Positions 30,437 to 39,984 are shown, counted from the first letter of the stretch. The stretch: 64,000 bases of DNA from an uncultured Gemmatimonadaceae bacterium (GCA_963761305.1 CAVXGK010000002.1:1888001-1952000); one strand, 5' to 3'. Notes: a model not told the origin generated them from the sequence alone. Made by a program: numbers and translations.

Positions 30437-32254
30437 ATGGCTTCCCGCCACCTGCTCTCACGCGTCGCACTCGCGACTGTCGCGCTCGCCGCGACCGCCG
30501 CGGCGCAACGGACGACGCAGTTCCCCACCGACGACGCCACGCTGCAGCGAATCTGGCGACTCGGCATGGACAGCTCGCACGTCCAGAAGCTGTCGCAGAC
30601 GCTCTTCGACTCGATCGGCCCGCGGCTCACCGGCGGTCCCGGACTGAAGAGCGCGAGCGATTGGGTGATCGACATGTACAAGTCGTGGGGCATCGAGGCG
30701 CGGCGCGAGCCATACGGCACGTGGCGCGGTTGGCGGCGCGGCCCATCGCACATCGACCTGGTGTCGCCGCGCGTCCGCTCGCTCGAGGGGATGATGCTCG
30801 CCTGGAGTCCGGGCACGAAGGGCGTGCCGGTCAAGGCACCGGTGATCGTCCTGCCCAAGTTCGCCGACAGCACCGAATTCGTGAAATGGCTGCCGCAGGC
30901 GCGCGGCAAGATCGTCATGCTCTCGCCCGCGTGGCCCACGTGCCGGCCGAGTGAGGACTGGTTCCGCTGGTCCACGCCGGAGTCGATGGCGCGCATGGAC
31001 ACGCTCGTCGCTCAAATGCAGCAGGACTGGGCGGTCAGCCCGGACAGCAACAAGCTCTATCGAGGCACCGGCTACTCGCTCGCGCTCGGCACCGGCACGC
31101 TCGGCATGCGGCTCGAAAAAGCGGGCGTCGTCGGAATGATCACGTCGCGCACAAAGCTCAGCGGCTTCCCGAATCCATTCCCGGGCGCCGACGCCGGACG
31201 CGGCGGACGCGGGTTCGGGCGCGGTGGAACGCCCGGCCCGGCGAGCGCACGCGGCGGCGGCGGTCCCGGCGCGTCGATCACCGCGGGCGGCACTGAGCCC
31301 GCGGGCGGCCGCGGTGGCCGCGGCGGCGGACGTGGCGGCGGCGGCACGACCGGCACCGGCGGCTGGGGCACGATCGAGGTCTTCGAGAGCTACAACACGA
31401 TCGCGCCCGCGGTCACGCTCACCTGCGAGGACTACGGTCTGCTCTTCCGTCTCGCCGAGAACAATCAAAAGCCCGTCGTGCGGCTCGACCTCGACGCGCA
31501 ATTGCTCGGCGAGCAGCCGGTGTTCAATACGGTCGCCGTCATCAAGGGCACCGAGAAGCCGAACGAATACGTGATGCTCTCGGCGCACTTCGATTCGTGG
31601 GACGGATCGTCGGGCGCGACGGACAACGGCACCGGGACGATGATGGCCATGGAGGCGATGAGAATCCTCAAATTGGCCTACCCGCATCCCAAGCGGACGA
31701 TCATGGTCGGCCACTGGGCGAGCGAGGAACAAGGGCTCAACGGCTCGACGGCCTTCACCGAAGACCACCCCGAGGTCATGAAGGGGCTTCAGGCGCTGTT
31801 CAACCAGGACAACGGCACTGGGCGCGTGCAGTCGGTGTCGTCGTCGGGCCTCACCGACATCGGCCGGCACCTCAAGGCGTGGTACGAGAAGTTGCCCAGC
31901 TTTTACACGGACAGCATGAGTCCGAACGTCGTGTCGTGGAGCTTCAACGACGTGCCGACGGGCAATCCCGGCGGCACCGACGGCGCGGTCTTCGCCTGCA
32001 AGGGCACGCCGTCCTTCGGACTCGGCGCCGTGAGCTGGAACTACAACACGTACACGTGGCACACCAACCGGGACACGTACGACAAGGTCGTGTTCGACGA
32101 CCTCAAGCACAACGCAACCCTGGCGGCGATGCTCGCGTATCTGGCGTCGGAAGACCCCGACTTCATATCGCGGGACCGATCACCGGGGACCTGGCCGCCG
32201 AACTGGCCGGAGAACTGTGGGAAGGCACCACGAAAGACCAGGCCGAGATTGTAA
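30437..32254 (+). CDS. M28 carboxypeptidase Q-like peptidase
   Basis: IGPRLTG, SAHFDSW, GATDNGTG, SEEQGLNGS, WHTNRDT. Confidence 0.9.
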   Translation: MASRHLLSRVALATVALAATAAAQRTTQFPTDDATLQRIWRLGMDSSHVQKLSQTLFDSIGPRLTGGPGLKSASDWVIDMYKSWGIEARREPYGTWRGWRRGPSHIDLVSPRVRSLEGMMLAWSPGTKGVPVKAPVIVLPKFADSTEFVKWLPQARGKIVMLSPAWPTCRPSEDWFRWSTPESMARMDTLVAQMQQDWAVSPDSNKLYRGTGYSLALGTGTLGMRLEKAGVVGMITSRTKLSGFPNPFPGADAGRGGRGFGRGGTPGPASARGGGGPGASITAGGTEPAGGRGGRGGGRGGGGTTGTGGWGTIEVFESYNTIAPAVTLTCEDYGLLFRLAENNQKPVVRLDLDAQLLGEQPVFNTVAVIKGTEKPNEYVMLSAHFDSWDGSSGATDNGTGTMMAMEAMRILKLAYPHPKRTIMVGHWASEEQGLNGSTAFTEDHPEVMKGLQALFNQDNGTGRVQSVSSSGLTDIGRHLKAWYEKLPSFYTDSMSPNVVSWSFNDVPTGNPGGTDGAVFACKGTPSFGLGAVSWNYNTYTWHTNRDTYDKVVFDDLKHNATLAAMLAYLASEDPDFISRDRSPGTWPPNWPENCGKAPRKTRPRL

Positions 32255-32410
32255 TCCGATTCGTGAAGCGGCGAGCCCGTCAGTCGTTTTACGACGCGAG
32301 CCGGGCTCGGCAAAATCGCGAATTTTCAAATCCTGTGACGCACCTGACGGCGGGCGCGTCCATCGGCCAGTATTCCTCTGACCGCACTTTTCCTAGAGGA
32401 GCCACGAGCA

Positions 32411-32926
32411 ATGGCGATTTGGAAGGAAACCTCACCGAAAAAGGACGCCCCGATGACCCCCGCACCCGCCGCCCCAGAACCGGCATTCCGCAGAGAGCCC
32501 GACTCCTCCATGGACAACTCGTTCAGCGCATCCTCGATGCGTCGTCCCGCCCGCGAGGGACGTGAATCCATGATCGCGTCCGACATCACCATCGAAGGCA
32601 AGATCGAGGGCGCGGGCAACGTCCGCCTCGCCGGCCGCTTCAAGGGTGACGTCAGCATCCAGGGCGACCTCACCATCGAAGCCGGCGCGAAGCTCACCGG
32701 CAGCGTCCGAGCCAACGCGGTCGTCATCGCGGGCGAGGTCGAAGGCAACATCGAGAGTGCGCAACGCGTCGAGCTCCAGGAGACGGGCATTCTCAATGGC
32801 GACCTCAAGGCTGGCACGCTCACCGTGGCGGCGGGTTCGCGCATGCGAGGCCGCTCCGAGTTTGGCTGGGGCGAGGAGCTGGCGACGTCGAAGCCCGCGC
32901 TCAAGTTGGGGATCGGCACGCTCTAG
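32411..32926 (+). CDS. Bactofilin (polymer-forming cytoskeletal protein)
   Basis: SMIASDITIEGKI...VVIAGEVEGNI...GDLKAGTL beta-helix repeats. Confidence 0.9.
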   Translation: MAIWKETSPKKDAPMTPAPAAPEPAFRREPDSSMDNSFSASSMRRPAREGRESMIASDITIEGKIEGAGNVRLAGRFKGDVSIQGDLTIEAGAKLTGSVRANAVVIAGEVEGNIESAQRVELQETGILNGDLKAGTLTVAAGSRMRGRSEFGWGEELATSKPALKLGIGTL

Positions 32927-33465
32927 TGAACACGTTTCGCGCGCCGGCGGGATCCACTCGCCTCTGCCCGCATTGCCGGGCGGTGATTCTCCAGAACGCG
33001 AGTACCTGCCCGGCGTGCCGGAAGCATCTGAAATTCGAGCCCGGCGCGACGGCAACCCCCGCGCCGAGCTTTTCCGCGCTCAGTCTCGAAGGAAGCGTGC
33101 GTCACCCCAACGTCGGCCAGCCGTGGGAATACTCGGTGCTGGTCTCGATCAAGAACGAAAAGGGTGAGGAAGTCGCGCGACAGGTGGTGAACGTGGGAGC
33201 ACTACAGCCGGGCGAACTGCGATCGTTCAGCTTCGGCGTGGACGTCTTCGTGCCGGGCGACTCGAAGTTGGCGACGCCCGCGACAGCCGACTCGCCGGTC
33301 AGCTCCCCCGGGGTCACGGCGCCGCCGCTGGCTGCGGCCGCGTCGCCATCGCCGACGGCATCGGTGCCGAGTGGAACGCGGCCGGGCTCGACGCCGTCGG
33401 TGCCGAGCGGCACGAGGCCGCCGGGAACGGCGTCTGTACCTAGCGGGACTCGGCCGAGGCGATAA
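32926..33465 (+). CDS. Zinc-ribbon protein with Pro/Ser-rich repeat tail
   Basis: CPHC-x10-CPAC; 3x SVPSGTRP; GTG overlaps bactofilin stop. Confidence 0.7.
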   Translation: MNTFRAPAGSTRLCPHCRAVILQNASTCPACRKHLKFEPGATATPAPSFSALSLEGSVRHPNVGQPWEYSVLVSIKNEKGEEVARQVVNVGALQPGELRSFSFGVDVFVPGDSKLATPATADSPVSSPGVTAPPLAAAASPSPTASVPSGTRPGSTPSVPSGTRPPGTASVPSGTRPRR

Positions 33466-33468
33466 CGG

Positions 33469-33488
33469 CCAACAACAATCGTTGTTGG
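33469..33488. terminator. Hairpin between convergent genes
   Basis: CCAACAAC-AATC-GTTGTTGG. Confidence 0.5.
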
Positions 33489-33498
33489 TGTTGTAGCT

Positions 33499-34113
33499 CT
33501 ACTGTGCGTGCGCCGGGAACGTGTGCGTCGGCGACGCCAGCATCGCCTGCATTCGCGCAATCTCCCCTCGCTGATCCGTATCCACGTCTGACGCGAACCG
33601 GAAGATCTCCGACGCCTGCCCGGCGCCGGGCGTCGCGAAGAGATCCTTCACCATCTGAATCGCGCCCTGGTGGTGCTGGATCATGTCGGTGAGAAACAGC
33701 CGGTCGAACGTCGAGTCGCGTGCCTTGTCGAGCTCGGTGAGCTGCGCGTCGGTCAGCATACCCGGCATCATCATCGGGTGCGGATCGTTGGGATCGGGCA
33801 CCGCCTGATTCCGGTCCTTGAGCCACGTCGACATCATTGCGATCTCGTCTTTCTGCGAGACGTTGATCTTCGTGCAGAGCAATTGAACCGACGGCCCCGC
33901 GCCGTGCGTCGGCGCCATGGCGGCCATTTTGAGCGCCTGTGCGTGATGGTGAATCATCCCCTGCATGAATCGCACGTCGGCGGCGGTGTAGTTGGCGCCG
34001 GGCGGAATCTTGATCTCCGCCATCGACATCGCGGGATGTTCATTCCCGCGGCACGCGCCGAGCGGAAGCGCGACGGCGATCAAACCGGAGACGAGGTGGC
34101 GTTGCTTGAGCAT
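33499..34113 (-). CDS. DUF305 (ferritin-like, CopM-related) lipoprotein
   Basis: DVRFMQGMIHHHAQA, FLTDMIQHHQGA, Q.EI..M; lipobox LGAC. Confidence 0.9.
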   Translation of the reverse strand: MLKQRHLVSGLIAVALPLGACRGNEHPAMSMAEIKIPPGANYTAADVRFMQGMIHHHAQALKMAAMAPTHGAGPSVQLLCTKINVSQKDEIAMMSTWLKDRNQAVPDPNDPHPMMMPGMLTDAQLTELDKARDSTFDRLFLTDMIQHHQGAIQMVKDLFATPGAGQASEIFRFASDVDTDQRGEIARMQAMLASPTHTFPAHAQ

Positions 34114-34160
34114 TTGTGAGCTGAGCGACGAGACGGTGACTCATCATACCCGCGCCGCTG

Positions 34161-34224
34161 TCCATGTGTCCACCTTTTCACCTGTCCACCTGTCCACCTG
34201 TCCACCTGTCCACCTGTCCATCGT
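34161..34224. repeat. Octamer tandem repeat (TCCACCTG) x8, degenerate ends
   Basis: Read directly from sequence. Confidence 0.9.
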
Positions 34225-34285
34225 GCGGGCGGCCGTGTGCACCCAACCGCCCGCACGGAATCGTTCGTCTACCTCGTGATGTGTG

Positions 34286-35062
34286 CTACGCCGCCGGCGG
34301 TGCGGCAGCTACGACGGGCGTAGTCGTCACCGGCGCCGGAGCGTTCACCGATGGCGGTGGCGTCGGAGCCGGTGCCGGACTGAGCGCCCGCGCCGCCTGC
34401 TCTACCCCGGCGACCGGCCCGCCTCTCGAGTCGACCCGCCGCGCCTTCCTCCACTCGGCCAGCAACCCGCTGTGCGCGACGTCCGCCGAGAGAATCGGGA
34501 CGACGAAGTCGTTGAGCGCCTTGAAGGCCAGGCGCGCGCGATTCTCGAGGTCCTTGAGCGTTCCGGTGGCGCTGGACCGCTGACCGCGCGCCGCGGCCCG
34601 CGTGTCGATCGACGTTTTCACCGCGTCGGCCGCGGCGGTGAGGTTCGCAATGAAATCCTGCGACAGCCCCGCGTCGATGAACACCTGCGCGTACGGCTGC
34701 GCCGCCTCGGCCATCCCATGCGCATGGGCGAGCAGACTGACGACGCGGGTGTTCGGACTCGGCATCGTCATCGCTTGGAAGTTGGGGACGGTCCTCAACT
34801 TCGCCCGCGCGACCGATGCGATCGGCTGCATGTGATTCAACCGCAGCGCGAGGCGCAACGTGCGCTGCCTCGCGGTCTCGCCGATCGCGTTGACGCGCCC
34901 CGCGACTTGTTGGCCGCCGCTGTCGCCGAGTGCATCGACGATCGCGTCGAGGTCGGCGCGCATTCCCGACTTGTTGATGGTGCCCAACAGAGCGTCGTTG
35001 GTGATCAAGAACGCCTGGATGCGGCGTCCCGTGTTGTAGATCCGTTCTTGTAAACTGTTCAA
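34286..35062 (-). CDS. Hypothetical all-helical protein with Pro/Ala tail
   Basis: GGAGG RBS before TTG; 258 aa with plausible codon usage; LRLNHMQPIA, FIDAGL, LLAEWRKARRV. Confidence 0.8.
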   Translation of the reverse strand: MNSLQERIYNTGRRIQAFLITNDALLGTINKSGMRADLDAIVDALGDSGGQQVAGRVNAIGETARQRTLRLALRLNHMQPIASVARAKLRTVPNFQAMTMPSPNTRVVSLLAHAHGMAEAAQPYAQVFIDAGLSQDFIANLTAAADAVKTSIDTRAAARGQRSSATGTLKDLENRARLAFKALNDFVVPILSADVAHSGLLAEWRKARRVDSRGGPVAGVEQAARALSPAPAPTPPPSVNAPAPVTTTPVVAAAPPAA

Positions 35063-35309
35063 ATGTCCTCCGACAGATGAGTGATTGGATGAACTGGCGT
35101 CGAGCTGTCTTGCAGTCCTGCTGAACTGCGGTTCCGAGCAATTGATGCCGTCGCCTGGCCTCCTTGGTTGTCGTTTCGGCGAGTTGATGCTCGCTCGAGA
35201 CGCGTCGACGTCGTCTTCACGAGCTCCAACGTGAGCGGTTCATGTGGCGATGGTGTGGCACCTCCGTGTGAGGGGTGTTGAGATCGGCCGGATGTAGACG
35301 GTTCCGCGC

Positions 35310-35435
35310 CGAGTGAACGGCGGACTCCGTCGAGTGAACGACGGAGACCGTCGAGCGAACGATGAACGCCGTCGAGTGAACGGTGAACACGGTTGAGTGA
35401 ATGCGTGCGACGGTCGAACGAGTGCGTCGACCTCG
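35310..35435. repeat. Degenerate 21-bp tandem repeat x5-6 (CGAGTGAACG-n8-CGT)
   Basis: Units start at 35310, 35331, 35352, 35373, 35394, 35415. Confidence 0.85.
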
Positions 35436-35729
35436 AGAATGCCGCGTCACCGCTCGCGAATGGTCGCGGAGCGGCGAGTGGTGCCCGCTACGCCCACGCC
35501 TGCTCGGCGGAGCCGGCGGCGCGCGTCGCCCTACGTAGTGGTCTAGGATCTGAACGGCGAGGAATGGCCGTTCGCGCTTCGGCGCCGAGAGGGGGCGAGA
35601 ACTTCGCGACACGCGCCCCTCTACTTATGTCTTATCGCCGGACCGCGTTTCGGGTCAAGGCAAATTTTGCCGGCTGTAAAAGCCTCATTGAAGAACTTTA
35701 CCACGCCGAGCCCGGTCATATTGACTCAC

Positions 35730-36210
35730 ATTGGCTGGCAGCCGAGCCGACACGACGGCGAAGTTCGGCGATTCGCGGGCGCTCTCTCCTAGACGGTTTA
35801 GGCAACATCGTGTGCTGCGGATCTTTGCCTAGTCGATCTAGGAGAGCTTTTTTTCTGCCCGACGTTATCCGTCGCCAGACGGACTTAACTGCCCGCATCG
35901 CCGAGCCGCCGCTGGCAACCGAGGCGTCATTCTCGCGGGCCCCTGATCTTCTAAACGTTCAATTGAACGACTTTATACGCAGCCATGACGCTCGCCTGAC
36001 GCGTATAACCGTTTACGACGGTTAGGGGATACCCCGAAACCGCGGTCGGCGGATAAGTAATAAGTAGAGAGGCTCGAGTCACCGAAGTCGGAGGGTGTGG
36101 AGGGGGCGACCACGACCGTCGATCCCCCGCCGCTTCGCGGCAGACTCCACCGCGTCACGCCGAAACTGTGGTCTGTTGTCGGATGTCAGTTCCCGACTTC
36201 GAGCCCACAG
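35730..36210. ncRNA. Candidate structured non-coding RNA / leader, unidentified
   Basis: Many nested stems, e.g. 35784-93/35837-46 then T7, 35891-96/35935-40, 35973-80/36001-08, 36083-91/36193-201, 36097-102/36145-150; no convincing ORF. Confidence 0.5.
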
Positions 36211-36259
36211 CCGTACCCCGCGTGCCGAGACAACTCCCAGAGTGGCCGTGATCTAGGCG

Positions 36260-36283
36260 TCCACCTGTCCACCCGTCCACCTG
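36260..36283. repeat. Octamer repeat (TCCACCTG) x3
   Basis: tccacctg tccacccg tccacctg. Confidence 0.8.
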
Positions 36284-36385
36284 CGAGTAAGCGAACGCCG
36301 AGACTCTTGTAAGCCTTTGACGGAATCGCTGGCCGCGCCGAACGACTGAAGTAGAATCCGGCCATACCGTCATCCGGAGATCTCG

Positions 36386-36913
36386 ATGCGGGTCATCAGG
36401 CACCTTGCGACCGCGGTCGTGCTCGCCGCGGCGTCACGCCCATCAGCGGCTCAGACCCAGACCGCCGCGCAGTCGCCGTGTGCCGCGCCTGATCGACATC
36501 GCTTCGACTTCTGGATCGGCGAATGGCAAGTCGCGACGCCGGACGGAAACGTCGTGGGGGCGAGCAGCGTTCAATCGATGGCCGGCGGCTGTGGATTGCT
36601 CGAGAACTGGACCGCGTCGAATGGAAGCACGGGCAAGAGCCTGAACGCGTACAACCCCACCGCCAAGCAGTGGCAGCAATACTGGGTCGGTCAAGGCGGC
36701 TTGGTCACCGAGTATCGCGAGAGCGAGTGGCACGACGGCTCGCTCTCGTTCGTCGCGCGCCCGTCGGCGGGTGCACCGGCCGCTCCGACCCAACGGCTCA
36801 CCTTCACGCCGGTGAACGACAGCACAGTGCGCCAACACGGTGAAAGTTCGGCCGACGGTGGGAGCACATGGACGACGACCTACGACTTTTACTATCACCG
36901 CCGGCGCACGTAG
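36386..36913 (+). CDS. Secreted hypothetical protein (DUF1579-like beta-barrel)
   Basis: Signal peptide; FDFWIGEW, GCGLLENW, GKSLN.Y, W.Q.WV. Confidence 0.75.
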   Translation: MRVIRHLATAVVLAAASRPSAAQTQTAAQSPCAAPDRHRFDFWIGEWQVATPDGNVVGASSVQSMAGGCGLLENWTASNGSTGKSLNAYNPTAKQWQQYWVGQGGLVTEYRESEWHDGSLSFVARPSAGAPAAPTQRLTFTPVNDSTVRQHGESSADGGSTWTTTYDFYYHRRRT

Positions 36914-36934
36914 TCGCGCGGGTGTATCGACGAA

Positions 36935-39643
36935 CTACTCGGAGCGCAGCGCTTCGACCGGATCCGCCTGCGCGGCGCGCCACGCGGGAACGAGTGACGC
37001 GATCGCGGCAATCAGCAGCAGCGTCGCCGCCGCGATCGTCATGGCGCTCGGGTCTGTGGCCTTGATGCCGTAGAGCAGCGACGAGACCAATCGGCCGGCA
37101 ACGAGAGCGAGCCCGACGCCCACGGCCACGCCGACCGACACCGTTCGCAGCCCCTCGCGCAACACCTGACCCAACACGTCACGAGTCGTCGCGCCGAGCG
37201 CGGCACGGACACCGAATTCGTGCGTGCGTTGGCTCACACCGTACGACACGCTGCTGTACACGCCGACGCCCGCCACGACGAGCGCGAGCAGGCCGAAGAG
37301 CGTGAAGAGCGTCGCTCCGAGCCGCCACGGCCGGTACTCTGGTTCCATCGCGGCGGCCATCGTCGTGGAGCGCGAGTAGACGTTGGGAAATTCCGTGCGC
37401 AGCATCGCGCGCATTTCGTTGAGCACGGCGGTGGTTCGACCTGGATCGACGCGCAGCACGACGTCGCCCACGCCCCATCCGCCGATCGGCATGTGATCCA
37501 ACTGGAGATACATGTGCGGCGACGGATCTTCTTTCACCTCGTTGAGCATCGCCGTCTGCGCGACGCCAATGATCGTCGCGCACGTCGGCGACTCTTCGAA
37601 TCGGATGCAGCGGCCGAGCGGGTCTTCCTGCGGCCAGAGGGCGTCCGCCATCGCCTGATTCACGATGACGCCGTATGGAGCCGCCCGGCTCGGCGACGGC
37701 GAGAAGTCGTGGCCGCGCAGCAACCGCGTGCCGGACGCGGCGAAGAAGCCAGACGTGACCGCGGTGTAGATGCCGGCGGGTTTCTTGTGCGCGAGAGTGT
37801 CGGCGTCGGGTGCATACGTCGTGAACTGAAAGCCGTACTTCGGTCGAATCGACGTGTACGCGACGCGCTCGACGCCCGGAATGCGCTCGAACCTCGGCCG
37901 CATCGCCAGCAGATGTTCGGACTGCGCGCGCCTGGCGGCGGAATCGAGAGCTCCATTGGCGAGCGACACGAACGCGAGACGATCGACCGAGTAGCCGATG
38001 TCGAAGGATTCGACGTTGGTCAGGCTGCGGACGAACAACGCCGCTCCGACCAGGAGCATGACGGACAGTGCGGCTTGCACGACGACAAGTGATGAACGCA
38101 GCCGCGACGGGCGCGACGATCCTTCGCGGGCGCCGGCCTTCAACGCGCTCGTGAGATCCGGCGACAGCGTTTGCAGGGCGGGCACGAGGCCGGCGACGAT
38201 ACCACAGGCGAGAGCCGCGAGGCCCGCGAATACGAGGACGCGCACGTTGACCGGCGACTCGGCCCAATGGATCTCCGGGGTAAGCAGTTGCCGGAGAAGT
38301 GTGCCGCCCCACAGTGCCGCGAACGCGGCGGCGACCGCCGCGACCAACGCCAGCAGAAGGCTCTCGGTCACCAGCAGCCGAACGAGGCGCGCGCGCGACA
38401 CGCCGAGCGTCAGCCGGATCGCGATTTCTCTGCGACGTCGCACGGCACGCGCGAGCAGGAGATTCACGATGTTCGCGCAGGCGACGATCAACACGATGAT
38501 CGCTACGCCGCCTAGGCGCGTGGCCACCTGAACGCTGCTATCGACCTTTCCCGGACCGCGCGCCCGGACGACTGATCCGAATTGCGCGACGACCGACGTG
38601 TCCCGCAGGTAGTCGATGCCGGGTCCGCGCAGCCGGTTCGTCACCCGCTGAATCAGCTCGCCTTCCCGTGCGTCCGGCGCCAGACGCATTCCCACTTGGA
38701 ATCCGTTGATCCGCGGATTGCGATACCACGGATCCTTCCCGGCCGGCATGCCCGACCCGATCGGCCGCCAGATGTCCACAGCGTCGAGATCGATGCCGCT
38801 GAAGCGCGCCGGGGCGACACCGATGATCGTGTATCGGCGCAGCGTGCTTCTGCCATACTGCCCGTCGTTGATCTCGATCGTTCGACCGAGAACTCGCGGA
38901 TCGCCGTCGAGACGGCTTCGCCAGAAGGCGTCGCTGACGACGACGACGGCCACCGGAGCGTCGACGCGGTCCTCCTCGGGCGAGTAGAACCTGCCCATCG
39001 CCGGACGCACGCCAAGCACGCGGAAATAATTCGCGGTCGCGTCGGAAACGTTCGCCTTCGGTGGATCTTCGCCGCCGCCGATCGCACTCGAGACCGGATA
39101 GCGGTATGCGAAGAGGTCCGCCTGGGCGCCGACGGTCGCTGAGAGGGCGTCGTACGATGCGTAATCGAAGCCCGGCCAGAATTGCGGTCCGTTGGAGAAG
39201 TGTCGCTCGACCCACAGTCGGCGCACCTCCGCGGGCCGCGCGACACCGGTCGGCGGCCGAACGAAGATCGCATCGAGCAACGAGAACATCGCCGCGTTGG
39301 CGCCGAGGCCGAGCGCGAGCGTGATGATGATGGTGAGCGAGACAGCCGGCGTTCGGCGTAACGAGCGAGCGGAATACACGAGGTCTTGCCGCAGCGCGTC
39401 GAACCACTCGCCATGATCTTCTCGGCGCGCGACTCGATCGCCGATCTCGCGGAGACCGCGCCGAACGGCCTCGACGTCGCCGAACTCAATGGTCGCTTGC
39501 GCCCGCGCCGCGTCGTGCGTCGCGCCCTGTGCCACCAGCTCCTCGATGCGAGCCTCGAAATGAAAGCGCAGCTCGTCGTCGATGTCGGCGCGCACGTCGC
39601 GCCGCCAGAACCGGAGATAGCGATACAAGCGCGACGCGGTCAT
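36935..39643 (-). CDS. ADOP-type duplicated ABC permease
   Basis: DIDDELRFH prefix, ACANIVNLLLAR, QRTHEFGVR, ALRSE end. Confidence 0.92.
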   Translation of the reverse strand: MTASRLYRYLRFWRRDVRADIDDELRFHFEARIEELVAQGATHDAARAQATIEFGDVEAVRRGLREIGDRVARREDHGEWFDALRQDLVYSARSLRRTPAVSLTIIITLALGLGANAAMFSLLDAIFVRPPTGVARPAEVRRLWVERHFSNGPQFWPGFDYASYDALSATVGAQADLFAYRYPVSSAIGGGEDPPKANVSDATANYFRVLGVRPAMGRFYSPEEDRVDAPVAVVVVSDAFWRSRLDGDPRVLGRTIEINDGQYGRSTLRRYTIIGVAPARFSGIDLDAVDIWRPIGSGMPAGKDPWYRNPRINGFQVGMRLAPDAREGELIQRVTNRLRGPGIDYLRDTSVVAQFGSVVRARGPGKVDSSVQVATRLGGVAIIVLIVACANIVNLLLARAVRRRREIAIRLTLGVSRARLVRLLVTESLLLALVAAVAAAFAALWGGTLLRQLLTPEIHWAESPVNVRVLVFAGLAALACGIVAGLVPALQTLSPDLTSALKAGAREGSSRPSRLRSSLVVVQAALSVMLLVGAALFVRSLTNVESFDIGYSVDRLAFVSLANGALDSAARRAQSEHLLAMRPRFERIPGVERVAYTSIRPKYGFQFTTYAPDADTLAHKKPAGIYTAVTSGFFAASGTRLLRGHDFSPSPSRAAPYGVIVNQAMADALWPQEDPLGRCIRFEESPTCATIIGVAQTAMLNEVKEDPSPHMYLQLDHMPIGGWGVGDVVLRVDPGRTTAVLNEMRAMLRTEFPNVYSRSTTMAAAMEPEYRPWRLGATLFTLFGLLALVVAGVGVYSSVSYGVSQRTHEFGVRAALGATTRDVLGQVLREGLRTVSVGVAVGVGLALVAGRLVSSLLYGIKATDPSAMTIAAATLLLIAAIASLVPAWRAAQADPVEALRSE

Positions 39644-39984
39644 GACTCGGCGGGAACGGCGACCATCACGCGAGCGACGGCGGCGGCGTAGTCGTTCCAC
39701 GTTTCAGTCTCAGCCCGCAGCGCACGGCGGCCGGCCGCGGTGAGCCGATAGAACTTGGCGCGCTTCTTCTTGTCCGACGCGCCCCACTCCGACGACACCC
39801 ACCCGCGCTCTTCCATCCGGTGCAGCGCCGTATAGAGCGCGCCGTCGAGCACCTTGAAACTGCCGCTCGATCCTTCACGGATAAATCGCGCCACGCCGTA
39901 CCCGTGCATCGGCCCCCAGGACAGCGCGCGCAGCACCAGCACGTCGAGCGTGCCCTGCAAGAGATCCAGCTCCCGAGTCGTCAT
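39640..39984 (-). CDS. PadR-family transcriptional regulator
   Basis: LQGTLDVLVL, PMHGYG, LYTALHRME, RAKFYRLT. Confidence 0.92.
   Translation of the reverse strand: MTTRELDLLQGTLDVLVLRALSWGPMHGYGVARFIREGSSGSFKVLDGALYTALHRMEERGWVSSEWGASDKKKRAKFYRLTAAGRRALRAETETWNDYAAAVARVMVAVPAES

Noticed and set aside
35310..35435. CRISPR array
   Set aside because: 21-bp period, degenerate units, variable part only about 8 nt, no cas genes
35393..36025. 210-aa + strand ORF
   Set aside because: Atypical composition and codon usage, no motif, runs through a terminator-like hairpin; likely spurious
36071..36205. tRNA, tmRNA, SRP or 6S RNA
   Set aside because: No T-loop/CCA end or SRP loop motif recognised; kept only as an unidentified structure
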